A stretch of 62,920 nucleotides of DNA, the filler included, from Octopus bimaculoides (Eukaryota), in assembly GCF_001194135.2 (NCBI RefSeq). It is 6 parts of 6 records of this genome, joined end to end, with 100 filler letters (N's around TTAATTAATTAA, not from the genome) between each part and the next. Parts side by side here need not be neighbours in the genome. Positions count along the whole stretch, not along the records: positions 38,728 to 54,543 come from NC_068993.1; 5 more parts are not named here. One strand, written 5' to 3'. This document shows, one piece after another, positions 38,776-52,130 of this stretch. Positions within the stretch are counted from its first letter, which is position 1. Each line of letters begins with the position of its first letter. The translations under genes were made by a program, and so were the position numbers. The notes beneath the pieces are model-generated. The model was not told the DNA's origin, made no database searches, and saw only the letters and a list, made by a program, of their open reading frames with translations.

Positions 38776-39177
38776 TGTGTGTGTGTATATATATACGTGT
38801 TTATGTGTGTGTGCGTGTATTCCTTCAGTTATAATTTTACATTGATATGTTTGGTCAATCTATATTCTTGCAAAGTACAAATATATTGTTCTTATACAAG
38901 AATGTTATTGACAGTAACTTCGAAGTTTGTGTATGCATAAATATGCACTCACACACACCACACACACGCACACAGACACACGCGAATGTATGTATGTATA
39001 TATATATATATACATACATGGAGAAATAACTTTACACGCAGAAACAATGTACGGTATTGTACACACACAAAACTCGTGTGTGTCCTATCAAAACTACGAG
39101 GAGGTTAATATAGAGATTCTTAAGTGTATCTGTGTGTGTTTGTCTATTTATGCCTATATTCATTTGTGTGTGCAGAA

Positions 39178-39212
<35 letters not shown>

Positions 39213-39560
39213 CATACATATATATATGTATAATTGTATAATATACATGACATATATAATGCATATGTCTATAAAATTATATAAGGTATGTCTAACATAT
39301 ATACTCGCATAATATATATATATATATATATATATAAATNNNNNNNNNNNNNNNNNNNNNNNNNNNNNNNNNNNNNNNNNNNNNNNNNNNNNNNNNNNNN
39401 NNNNNNNNNNNNNNNNNNNNNNNNNNNNNNNNNNNNNNNNNNNNNNNNNNNNNNNNNNNNNNNNNNNNNNNNNNNNNNNNNNNNNNNNNNNNNNNNNNNN
39501 NNNNNNNNNNNNNNNNNNNNNNNNNNATACATACATACATACATACATACATATACATAC

Positions 39561-39612
<52 letters not shown>

Positions 39613-40770
39613 CATATACAAAGTAGAATAAAGTATATCTATAAACTGAAATATGTTGCGGCTACAGTTGGCCCAGGGGACCATTTCTGACTGAATGGCA
39701 CCACCTGACTGAATCTGTAAAATCCTCTTTGAGTCAAGATTTGTGGTATGATGGCCCATTCAAATGGGTATTGTTGGTGACTGCGATGCATTCAGTTATA
39801 AGTGATTTGACTGATGTCTTTTAGAAATGTGTCCCGATATCATTTGAAGGCGATGGGATTTCTTTCTTCTTTTGTTTGATTTGGGGTAATGCTAAAAAGA
39901 ACAGGCCCGGTTGATGTAAATTAACTGTGTTGCATACAATATGTATGTATAATGTATGTGTGTGCATATATGTATACGCAAACTTTCTGTCCCTCTAGAT
40001 GAAGAGTAAATGAGCCATCTGCTCACTGAGATGTGAATTACGTTGAAGCTTTCTCCTTTTCTTCTAGATGTTTACATACTATTTTGGGGATGAGAAGAAG
40101 CGCGTGTGTGTGTGTGTGTGTTTCCTACGTAGAGGCGAAAGTTGAAACATCTGTCCAAGTTGTAAAGCAACAATGGACCTTTTCTCTTTGTAACATTTTA
40201 ATTCTGTTGTTTTTATAGAATCCTTGGATCAATCGACAAAAATACAGCCCCTACGCATTATGTCTCCTACAATCATCTCACATGCAAAGACCCTATTTTT
40301 TAAAACCCTCTCAGCTGGTCCAGCTTTATTCAATGTTCTGTAGAAAGAAATAAATGAAATAGAAAACATCCCATCACATTTAAAGCTCTAACTTGAGAAT
40401 TTCCTCAAAGAAATGCCTGAAGAATCACCGATGCCCGGATAGATTTATTTCTTCGAGTGGGCAGTGGTGAGCAAAAATGATGGCTTAAACCACTTCACTT
40501 GGAGGGGTTAAGTAAGACCCGGCCTCGGACCTAAGACGTGTGTGTGTGTGTGTGTGTATTTAACACATCAGACTAGATCGTGACTAGCGCAGTAATCCAA
40601 AATCAAAAGGAGACGAGTACAGATTTGATTGATATAATGGGAGCCTTACAAAATTTCAGGGCAAGATCCAATAGGCTTTTAAGTGAATTAAGCCTACTAG
40701 ATAATTATAATTATCCCCTTAATCTCCCTCCCTATCTCTCTCTCTCTCTTTCTATACATACATACATACA

Positions 40771-40822
<52 letters not shown>

Positions 40823-41431
40823 NNNNNNNNNNNNNNNNNNNNNNNNNNNNNNNNNNNNNNNNNNNNNNNNNNNNNNNNNNNNNNNNNNNNNNNNNNNNNN
40901 NNNNNNNNNNNNNNNNNNNNNNNNNNNNNNNNNNNNNNNNNNNNNNNNNNNNNNNNNNNNNNNNNNNNNNNNNNNNNNNNNNNNNNNNNNNNNNNNNNNN
41001 NNNNNNNNNNNNNNNNNNNNNNNNNNNNNNNNNNNNNNNNNNNNNNNNNNNNNNNNNNNNNNNNNNNNNNNNNNNNNNNNNNNNNNNNNNNNNNNNNNNN
41101 NNNNNNNNNNNNNNNNNNNNNNNNNNNNNNNNNNNNNNNNNNNNNNNNNNNNNNNNNNNNNNNNNNNNNNNNNNNNNNNNNNNTGTGTATATATATATAT
41201 ATATATACATATATACACCTGTCTTCGTCTTTTGTTCTTCTGTAAAGTTCAACTATATATACATATACATATATGTATATGTGTGTGTGTGTGCAGACAT
41301 ATATATACATATATATGTATATATATGTATGTATATCTATATGCATATATATCTACATGTATATATTTATATGTATATAAATACATGTGTATACACATGC
41401 ATACATACACATATAGAGATATGTATGTATG

Positions 41432-41468
<37 letters not shown>

Positions 41469-42239
41469 GCACGTACGGATATAAGTATGTACATACCTAC
41501 AACATTGTCAAACAGTTAAACAAAGGTCTCTACGTAATGGCGAGGTTCCTTTTATCGTAACCTTGGATCAAGCAACGCCTTGTGAGGGGAACAGGGTAGA
41601 CAGAAAACGGGTAGACGACGGTCGTATGATTTGTACCTGTCTGTTAAAAAGTCCGGCATTGTTGCACTGACATCTCGTAATTTCGTTAACATGGCATGCG
41701 GCGACTCATCCACTTCAAGTGAATAAATTGAATTACCAAATCGTTTGGTCGTTCAAATAACTGGACACATCAGAGACGAAATCTATAGAATATGTGTGTA
41801 TATACATATATATACACTCACACATGCAAAAAGACTGGTAGGTGGAAGCTTCGAAGTCACTGTCAACCTTCTTGGAAAAGGTTATTAAGCATGCTTTCTA
41901 CAAAAGATTATTGAGTAATTCTTTAGTTTAATGTTAAATTGTTTTTAGAACTTTACAAAAAGGCAACCAATATGTCCATGCAGCACTCAGACACACACAA
42001 ACTAAAAAAAAAAAAAAATACACACATACACACCCACGCACACGCATGTATAAGTATGTCTGTATGTATATATTTATGTATGTATGTATACGTAAAAACA
42101 CCGTTTTATGCAGTATGTATAAACGCATAATATAGAGTTGTTATTACGTGTGTACGCATGTTTACATAAATATATACATATATACATGCATGCATATACA
42201 TATATATATATAAACATATATATATATACACACACACAT

Positions 42240-42292
<53 letters not shown>

Positions 42293-42393
42293 CGCGCACA
42301 TATACATATACATATATATATACATATATACACACAAACTGATGTATACATATAATGTGTCACTATACATATATATGCACATATATACATACG

Positions 42394-42430
<37 letters not shown>

Positions 42431-42530
42431 CACGTTTTTGTACGTGAGTGCGTATTTCCTAGTGTGAGTGAGAAAATGTAACAAATTGCTTTTTTTCGTC
42501 AAACTATATTACAAAATCGAATTTTGCACA

Positions 42531-42697
42531 GTCGATTAGATCGACCCCAGTACGCAACTGATACTTAGTTTATCAACCCTGCAAGTATGAAAAGCAAAGT
42601 CGACCTCGGCGGAATTTGAACTCAGAACATAAAGACAGACGAAATACCGCTAAGCATTTCGCCCGGCGTGCTAACCACTCTGCCAGCTCACCGCCTT
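42531..42697 (-). mobile_element. SINE family A with perfect 14-bp TSD
   Basis: TCGAATTTTGCACA at 42517-42530 and at 42698-42711 flanks a well-preserved core and head. Confidence 0.9.
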
Positions 42698-43028
42698 TCG
42701 AATTTTGCACATTGACCTATTCATTTTTTATGTAATATGTTGACCGACGAATATACTCTCACACACACGCACACGCATCCACGCACGCACATACACACAC
42801 ACACACACACCCATACACACACGCGCACACAACTGTGTGGGTGTGCACGTGGGCGTGTAAGGTATTTTAAATAATTTTATATTAGTGTCTTACGCAGGGT
42901 TACCTGTTCACACCTACGATATATAACTATCAATCTCTGTATATGTATATACATACATACATACATATACATACACACACACACACATATCAAATATATA
43001 CATTATATTATATTACGAACAACATATA

Positions 43029-43068
<40 letters not shown>

Positions 43069-43309
43069 TGTGTGTGTGTGCATACAAAATATCTATATAT
43101 ATCTATAGTATTTAAGATATATACAAAAATTGTATTAACTATTTATATCATATTCATGTATATATACGTAATATATATACATATATATACATATATACAC
43201 ACAATATATATTACATATATTATTATATATTGTATTATGAATCTGTGTATATGTGTTTACACATACACATTTTATATATACAATATATAGTATATACATT
43301 GTATTTATG

Positions 43310-43340
<31 letters not shown>

Positions 43341-43711
43341 NNNNNNNNNNNNNNNNNNNNNNNNNNNNNNNNNNNNNNNNNNNNNNNNNNNNNNNNNNNN
43401 NNNNNNNNNNNNNNNNNNNNNNNNNNNNNNNNNNNNNNNNNNNNNNNNNNNNNNNNNNNNNNNNNNNNNNNNNNNNNNNNNNNNNNNNNNNNNNNNNNNN
43501 NNNNNNNNNNNNNNNNNNNNNNNNNNNNNNNNNNNNNNNNNNNNNNNNNNNNNNNNNNNNNNNNNNNNNNNNNNNNNNNNNNNNNNNNNNNNNNNNNNNN
43601 NNNNNNNNNNNNNNNNNNNNNNNNNNNNNNNNNNNNNNNNNNNNNNNNNNNNNNNNNNNNNNNNNNNNNNNNNNNNNNNNNNNNNNNNNNNNNNNNNNNN
43701 NNNNNNNNNNN

Positions 43712-43752
<41 letters not shown>

Positions 43753-44390
43753 TATACATACATACGTGCATACATACATACATACATACATACATACATA
43801 CATACATACATACATACATACATACATACATACGTGCATACATATGTACAAACATGTATTCACAACGAGTGAGACAGAGAGGAAATGTTTTGAAATAAAT
43901 TTAGCAAATCCACAAAATAACTGTTTACATTTAAGGAATGTGTTTGTATGAAGGAAAAAGACATCGGGGTGGATGGTAGAATAATTATACGGGTGGAGGG
44001 GGAAGTAGAGATAAGGGTAGAGAGAATGAGAGAATAAAGGTTGAAGAATTTGTACAGATGTAAAACACTAAATGAAAAATGTTAAAAATAGTTTGTACTT
44101 GTTTGGCAAATGGTTTGGTGGGAATTCTTGAGATTGGTGATGAAACCAGTTACATCATCGTAGACTCAGTACAATTACCAATTAAATAAAGCAGGAATTG
44201 TTAGATTCGATTTGATGTTTTAATTATTACTTTGCAATCGTAATAGACATGTAATTATTAACTGCACGCAATATGATATATAACATATATGGATGTGTAT
44301 GTATACATACATATATATCTACGTGTAAATGCATATAAATGTGATGACATAATATTACGCGCACACACACGTGTATATATATATATATAT

Positions 44391-44435
<45 letters not shown>

Positions 44436-44626
44436 CATACATATACATACACATATATACACGTGTGCTTCTGTTTGTGTGTATACACACAAGACAGATT
44501 TACAAATATAACCATATTGATATCTGTGCCCTTATGAAGATATATATTTGTCATTTCATAAACTTTCATAATCTATGCGACTCCTATTTGAGTTCATTCG
44601 TATTTTACACATAGACATTTTCAATT

Positions 44627-44677
<51 letters not shown>

Positions 44678-44754
44678 TGGACAGATGCGTTTGTGTGTTT
44701 GTTATATATTTACTCATATACATATACATACACATATTACACATATATATGCAT

Positions 44755-44799
<45 letters not shown>

Positions 44800-45432
44800 C
44801 ATATACACACATACATATATACACGTACACGCAAACATATATATTTATACATACAAATGTATATTGTACGTATTTCATGAGTTGTGCCTGTTTTGCTTCC
44901 ATGAGATTGACTGTGCGTCGCAACAAAAACTATTTAATCGCGATAGAGTCATCATAATACAATTGAAATAGACATTGTTGTAGTTCGTTTCAGTTTATGT
45001 AATAATAATGATGATGATGATGACGATGATATCAACAGCAACAATGATAGTACGTCACTGTTAACCGTACGATATATTTTAATAAGATTTATTAACCTTA
45101 GATCTATGTCATTACGTAAATATTTATAACAGTGCAGATGTCTGTCTATTATATATAGTGACTCTACCACGATGTCAATAAATTGCGTTTGTTCATAGAA
45201 ATACGTGGTGTAATGCATCAATGTGTGTGTATGTACCACTATTGGGGTCACTTGGGTGGCCCTCACCATCAAACACCTACCTTTCTCCATGTGTCACCTG
45301 TATATAAGCTCTAGGGACAGACATGCCAAAACAGGGCGGGGGGGGGGCAGTGACATTCATTATAGAATTCATTAGATTTAATTGCAATTACTTTTGCATA
45401 TTTTAATGATGACAATAATAATGATGTTGTTG

Positions 45433-45466
<34 letters not shown>

Positions 45467-45682
45467 CATCATCTTTTCCCGGACAGTTTTGTTGTTTTTA
45501 TTTATTGTTTATTTTTTAAAATTCATGCTGGAAGAAAACTGTATTGGAGTTTTAAACGTTTTCGGAAATAAGTGTGTATGTGTGTGTATGTGTGTATGCG
45601 TGTGTATGTGTGTATATGTGTGTGTATGTATGTGTATGGTACCAGTTTCAAAGACAAGCGTCGACAAACATATTTATACTCG

Positions 45683-45744
<62 letters not shown>

Positions 45745-46027
45745 TATAATGCATGTATAAATTATGTAACTAAACAGTTGCATGTTTTTATAACAATGCA
45801 TTTATAATATGAACGATATGTTTGTTGCTGTCTGTTTTTCGCATGCGTTAATAATGAAACAAATGTATATAGTTCTGTATACGTAGATGTAAATATATAA
45901 CCGTCTTACATAAAAACAATAGTGTTAATGTTTTCGTGTTTATGTTAACATACACACACACATATATATATACACCTATACACACATACACACACACTCA
46001 CACGCACAGACATATATGTATGTATAC

Positions 46028-46066
<39 letters not shown>

Positions 46067-46292
46067 TGTGCATGTGTATACAATGTATGTATAAACACAA
46101 CGGTATATATGTTTGCATGTGTTTGCGTTGACATGTCTGTACACCTTTCACAACAATTAACAACTTCATTAGAATATAATAACATAGAAAGTTTGAAGTC
46201 AGCATGTATGGACGAAAAGGAAAGAAGAAAAACTATTTTGAAAATAACGTGAAATATGCAAATGACATTGCCAAATTTACGGCAATACTCAC

Positions 46293-47443
46293 CTGGAATT
46301 CGTACAGTCCTCATAGAGAATATCAAATTCTTTGCACGACAACAACTTGCAGCGGTTAACTCCTGGTTGAATCGCTCCCAAACCGCGAAGAATTCTTACT
46401 TGCTCAACATTACAAACGACCGGTGTGATATCTAGACGTTTCAGTTTCGTATAAACAGTGTGCAAACCACCGACTAGGTGTTTGAGGAACAGGTCAAATG
46501 CTTGCGGTAGGCATATCAGTTCGATTCCATTAACCATAAAAGCCGCTACCTTTGCACCACGGTACTCAATTAATTTGCAGACGTTGTTTTCAGGGTTATT
46601 AGCAATTGGTGGTGGGGAACTGTATGTTGATGGTTTGGTCAACTTACATACCCCTGTGGCTCCGGCCGCTGCTGCGGCAGCAGCGGCGGCAGCCGACACT
46701 GCCGTAACCACACTGTTGACCAACATATTGGGCGGGTGTGATGTCACCGCACTAGTTGAGTTTGCAGAAGAAGAGGTGAGAGTGTTAATACTATGGTGAT
46801 GGTGAGTGTGGCCGTGTAAGATAACCGAAGATGGACTTGACGTCTGGTTACGCTGGGACGGAGACAAATGTGCTGGCGGCGGTTGAGGTGGCACGTTTAT
46901 GTTCAGGCCACCGCTTAGAGCCTGGCTTTGATGTTGCACTAAGGATGCCGCCGCTCCGGGCGAGGATAACGACGAAGGAGAAGAGGATGAGGTGGATGTA
47001 GACAGGACACTAGTTACATTGGTAGCAACTGTGGCTTGGTTACTCGTGGATAAAAGTTCTATACCTGTCCCGACACCACTGGTGGCGGCCGAAGATGTGG
47101 AGCCAGAGGCAGCGGCGGCGGCGGCGGCGGCGGCGGCAGCNNNNNNNNNNNNNNNNNNNNNNNNNNNNNNNNNNNNNNNNNNNNNNNNNNNNNNNNNNNN
47201 NNNNNNNNNNNNNNNNNNNNNNNNNNNNNNNNNNNNNNNNNNNNNNNNNNNNNNNNNNNNNNNNNNNNNNNNNNNNNNNNNNNNNNNNNNNNNNNNNNNN
47301 NNNNNNNNNNNNNNNNNNNNNNNNNNNNNNNNNNNNNNNNNNNNNNNNNNNNNNNNNNNNNNNNNNNNNNNNNNNNNNNNNNNNNNNNNNNNNNNNNNNN
47401 NNNNNNNNNNNNNNNNNNNNNNTGCAGAGACTACGACTTCCAT
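46293..47443 (-). CDS. dac: Dachshund homolog, first coding exon (low-complexity N-terminus plus DD1/DachBox-N Ski-Sno domain)
   Basis: Translation contains CKLIEYRGAKVAAF...ELICLPQAFDLFLKHLVGGLHTVYTKLKRLDITPVVCNVEQVRILRGLGAIQPGVNRCKLL...LYEDCTNS, the DD1 domain. The exon ends TCCAG|GTGAGT (phase 2) just before the expected RPGRPPKR. ATG 47443 (GCAATGG) has better context than the in-frame ATG 47476. The 282-N gap (47141-47422) is an estimate, so the frame across it is inferred. Confidence 0.95.
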
Positions 47444-47569
47444 TGCAAAAGGACCATTCGCAGGAACGTACAGCATGCAAGTGTTTGAGTTGAAGAAGAA
47501 GAGGAGGAAGAAGAAGAAGAAGCTACTTTCGCCGCGGTTGTTGTTCTACATACGGAGACAGACAGACAG

Positions 47570-47611
<42 letters not shown>

Positions 47612-47838
47612 GCGTGTGTGTGTGTGTGAATGGCTGGTTTAGTCAAGCGGCTTTCTTCCTTTGCCTCTCTCTCTCACACACACTCACACACACACTCACA
47701 CACACTCGCACACACTCGCACACACACACTCCAAACTGTTATATCGACGTTAAACTCTCCAACTTTTTTGTTTATCTTCTTCGCTCCACTCAAACTAACT
47801 TTATCGTTGCTTTAACCTTTTCCTTCTTCTTTCTTTTC

Positions 47839-47869
<31 letters not shown>

Positions 47870-48013
47870 TGCCTCCTCCTCTCTTTGTAATATTATCTCT
47901 CCTTACTTTTTTCTTTTATTTCTTTCTCGTTCCCTTTTTTTGTTTTGTTGTTTTCCTCTTCTTTGCAATTCCTCACTCCACACTGTTTATACAACACCGC
48001 GGTTATTGTACAT

Positions 48014-48052
48014 AACTGATTATCAATCTATATACATTCGTTAGACTTTATA
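48014..48052 (-). promoter_or_regulatory. Candidate dachshund core promoter (TATAAA plus TCAGTT initiator)
   Basis: Minus strand TATAAA at 48052-48047 and TCAGTT at 48019-48014 (A+1 about 48017). The -35 spacing is longer than the canonical ~-30. Confidence 0.3.
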
Positions 48053-48081
48053 CATATCAGATATTTATATATCTCTGTATG

Positions 48082-48120
<39 letters not shown>

Positions 48121-48442
48121 TATTTATATATATATATATATATAGTTATAGCTATATACATATAGGTATCTGTAGCTCTATGTATATAAATACCTATTTA
48201 TATATATATACATATTTACAAACGTGTGTACTTATGCATGTGCCCATGCGTGTGTGTGTGTGTGTACGTGTGTGTACGTGTGTGTGTGTGTGTGTGTGTG
48301 TGGGTCCCTCGAGTTGTTAATCTTCATTCAGTTTCTGCTTCCGATCTTTGGTAAACTCATCGTGGTTATTTCTTTCCGCTTCTTCTCGTTCTTTCGTTCT
48401 TCTTTCTTTCTCGTTTCTTTTTTTTTTTTTGTTCCTCGTCTC

Positions 48443-48479
<37 letters not shown>

Positions 48480-49886
48480 CGTCGTCGTCTGCTGTTGTTG
48501 TTGTTGTTGTTGTTGTTTAGTTCGAAGCGTCTCCTTTCNNNNNNNNNNNNNNNNNNNNNNNNNNNNNNNNNNNNNNNNNNNNNNNNNNNNNNNNNNNNNN
48601 NNNNNNNNNNNNNNNNNNNNNNNNNNNNNNNNNNNNNNNNNNNNNNNNNNNNNNNNNNNNNNNNNNNNNNNNNNNNNNNNNNNNNNNNNNNNNNNNNNNN
48701 NNNNNNNNNNNNNNNNNNNNNNNNNNNNNNNNNNNNNNNNNNNNNNNNNNNNNNNNNNNNNNNNNNNNNNNNNNNNNNNNNNNNNNNNNNNNNNNNNNNN
48801 NNNNNNNNNNNNNNNNNNNNNNNNNNNNNNNNNNNNNNNNNNNNNNNNNNNNNNNNNNNNNNNNNNNNNNNNNNNNNNNNNNNNNNNNNNNNNNNNNNNN
48901 NNNNNNNNNNNNNNNNNNNNNNNNNNNNNNNNNNNNNNNNNNNNNNNNNNNNNNNNNNNNNNNNNNNNNNNATGAGAGTAGAAGTGTTGGGATATGAAGG
49001 ATGCGATGAGCGGGGAAGGGTGGGGTGAGGATAAAGGAATAGAAGTAGGAGGAAGGGGAGGCAGTATTTGAAAAGCAATTGCTAAATGGATGAAGAAGAA
49101 GAAGAAGAAGATGAAGAAGAAGAAGAAGAAGATGAAGAAGAAGAAGAAGAGAGAAAAAAGTGAATTGATGGCGATAAAAGTGAGGGAAAAATAATAGAAT
49201 GCGAGATAGAAATATATGGAAACGGTTTTGTGTGTGAGAAAAGAAGAAAAATAAATTTGTGTTTATAATATACACACACACGCGCGTGAGTATCAGGTGC
49301 GTGTTTCTGTGTGGCTGTGTGTATATATATATATATATATACGTATATATATATATATATATATATATACGTACATATATATATATATACATACATATAT
49401 ATATATACATATATANNNNNNNNNNNNNNNNNNNNNNNNNNNNNNNNNNNNNNNNNNNNNNNNNNNNNNNNNNNNNNNNNNNNNNNNNNNNNNNNNNNNN
49501 NNNNNNNNNNNNNNNATATATATGTATGTATGTATGTATGTATATATTTAAAACATATATATGTATTTATAGACAATACAAGAATAGAGATTCAAAGAAC
49601 GAAAGTGAGCTCACAGTAAGCCCCCCAGCTGGTGCACGGCTATCGAGGTAAGCTGCGGTTAAGGCTAAAATTGTGACCTCAGGGTGTTCGGAAAATCTAG
49701 GAATCACGGTGGTGAATAGCATGTATAAAAATGTATTCATACATACATACATACATTATATTTATAAGTACATATGTATAGATACATATATTTATATACA
49801 TATACATACATATCTGTATATACATTTGAACATACGTATAGATATATAGTTATAGATATACTTACATATATTATATATATGTGTGT

Positions 49887-49928
<42 letters not shown>

Positions 49929-50205
49929 TCACATTACAAACACTCACACACACATACACACACACGCATATACGTAAAAGGGGTGAGAAAAAGAGAATGG
50001 AGAAGACAGTCAGCCAGTATAGGATGTTACTTGTAACAACAAAATGGAGGTCTTTCGTTTTTCTCTTTTGTTTATATCTCTTTCTCCTTTTCTCGTCTGC
50101 TTTCTATCAATGTCTCTCTCTTACAGTTAATGGTTGTCTACATGTGGCTATATGTGTATGTGTGTGTGTGTGTGTGTGTGTTTGTACATACATACAAATG
50201 TACAT

Positions 50206-50251
<46 letters not shown>

Positions 50252-50994
50252 TTACATAGGTTCATACATACATTGGGGTATATACACACACATATGTATG
50301 CATATAAATATGAGCGTGTGTGTGTGTGTAAGAGAGAGAGAGGGGGATGGAAGAGAGGGTAGAGGAAAGTATAAATTGAGAAAGGATGAAGTAAGAGGAA
50401 GGGGAGGAAAGCAGAGAAACGTGTGTGAATGTGTTGAAGAGAGAGAGAGAGAGAGAGAGAGAGAGGCCTGTGAGAAGGAAGGTGAATAGAGACGGGTGGT
50501 GAGAGGAGGAAATGAAGAAAAAGACCCGACCGTGCTAGATAGGGAGGGGGTGAGGTGGGGGAGAGGACGGAACATAATTGAGAGATAGTGTTTGAGTGTT
50601 ATGTGGTCATATACACACACACACACAGATATATATATATACATACATATACATATATATATACATACATATATACACGCACATAAACACACACACACAC
50701 ACACACTGGTTGAATAGAAAAGCTGATGAAATGGTGAAGTTAATTTAGTTTCTCTGATAGTTTTTACAGAATGTCTGAGATGAACAAAAGACATGGAGAT
50801 CTGACAACAAAGAGAATAAGTTTTATTACACACACACGTACACACACACACACGTACACACACACACACACACTCATACACAGACACACCACACACACAC
50901 ACTCATACACACACACACACGTACACCTGTATCTATATGAACACAAATACACATATATATACATGTGTATCGAGGTATTTCTATACACACACAA

Positions 50995-51059
<65 letters not shown>

Positions 51060-51392
51060 NNNNNNNNNNNNNNNNNNNNNNNNNNNNNNNNNNNNNNNNN
51101 NNNNNNNNNNNNNNNNNNNNNNNNNNNNNNNNNNNNNNNNNNNNNNNNNNNNNNNNNNNNNNNNNNNNNNNNNNNNNNNNNNNNNNNNNNNNNNNNNNNN
51201 NNNNNNNNNNNNNNNNNNNNNNNNNNNNNNNNNNNNNNNNNNNNNNNNNNNNNNNNNNNNNNNNNNNNNNNNNNNNNNNNNNNNNNNNNNNNNNNNNNNN
51301 NNNNNNNNNNNNNNNNNNNNNNNNNNNNNNNNNNNNNNNNNNNNNNNNNNNNNNNNNNNNNNNNNNNNNNNNNNNNNNNNNNNNNNNNNNNN

Positions 51393-51419
<27 letters not shown>

Positions 51420-51423
<4 letters not shown>

Positions 51424-51990
51424 GACATTTAAACAAAAAACAAAAGACAAAGACAGGTGTGTGAACAACATGCAGGTGTATTAATTTGATGCTCGGGAAA
51501 ATGAAAAATGAAAAAGTCTTTTACGTTTCGTGACCGATTGGGTCTCCGAGTGCAGTGTTAACACCATCCCTTCACTTTTGGGGTACTAGGGTACGGTGCT
51601 AGGAGCCACACCCATGGCAAGGTGCAGCTGCCAGACACCAGAGGCTCTACCTCTATTCAGACCACCCCCATACCCACTTGATAGCTAACGAGGTGAAATA
51701 ATTCCAATTTTTTTTAATTAATCCCCACCTCACCCCACTCTTTGTATAATTAGTCGTCTGGTAGCAGGAGTAGGCAAGAGAGAGTCTTTTCCTGTCTTCC
51801 GGTACAGAAATATGCGACTGGATAACTTCTAACTGTATTGAGACGACTCTGACCAAGAGGGTGTCCCTATGAGACGACTCTGTCTCACAGGAAATGGAGT
51901 GAGGAGTGAGTCCTTATGATGAGGCACCATTAACTCTGGGTCTGAAGAGACTCAGGAAGTGAAAAGCCACGTGGTTTTCCCGTCTTATCT
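51420..51990 (-). mobile_element. Decayed retroelement 3' region, possibly Penelope-like
   Basis: The end ...CACACCTGTCTTTGTCTTTTG...GTCAAC plus microsatellite recurs at about 41215-41253 (+). Faint traces ENHVAFHF and LLLLPDD and a GTGAAGGG...CGAAACGT motif resemble Penelope GIY-YIG/3' ends. The classification is weak. Confidence 0.3.
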
Positions 51991-52002
51991 ATTTCATTCG
52001 TT

Positions 52003-52130
52003 AGTCGGCGAATTGACTGTCTTTAGAGCAATGTATAGAATGTCTGTTCGGACTCTTTCAGTTCAAATCTCACCGTGGTCAATTTGTTTTTAGTCGTTTC
52101 GAAGTCGATAAAAGCGAATTGAAGGCGAAT
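52003..52130 (+). mobile_element. Degraded SINE family A
   Basis: CAGTTCAAATCTCACCGTGGTCAATTTG...TTTCGAAGTCGATAAAA colinear with the family A B-box and core. Confidence 0.6.

Noticed and set aside
46289-47476. Dachshund as a complete single-exon 395-aa ORF starting at 47476
   Set aside because: The stop at 46289-46291 lies inside the GTGAGT donor, the DD2/coiled-coil part is absent, and ATG 47443 has better context. It is exon 1 of a multi-exon gene whose next exon I could not find in the window.
46992-47642. Plus-strand ORFs antisense to dachshund (also 46458-46799)
   Set aside because: They are shadows of GC-rich, GCN-repeat coding sequence and an N gap, with no independent evidence.
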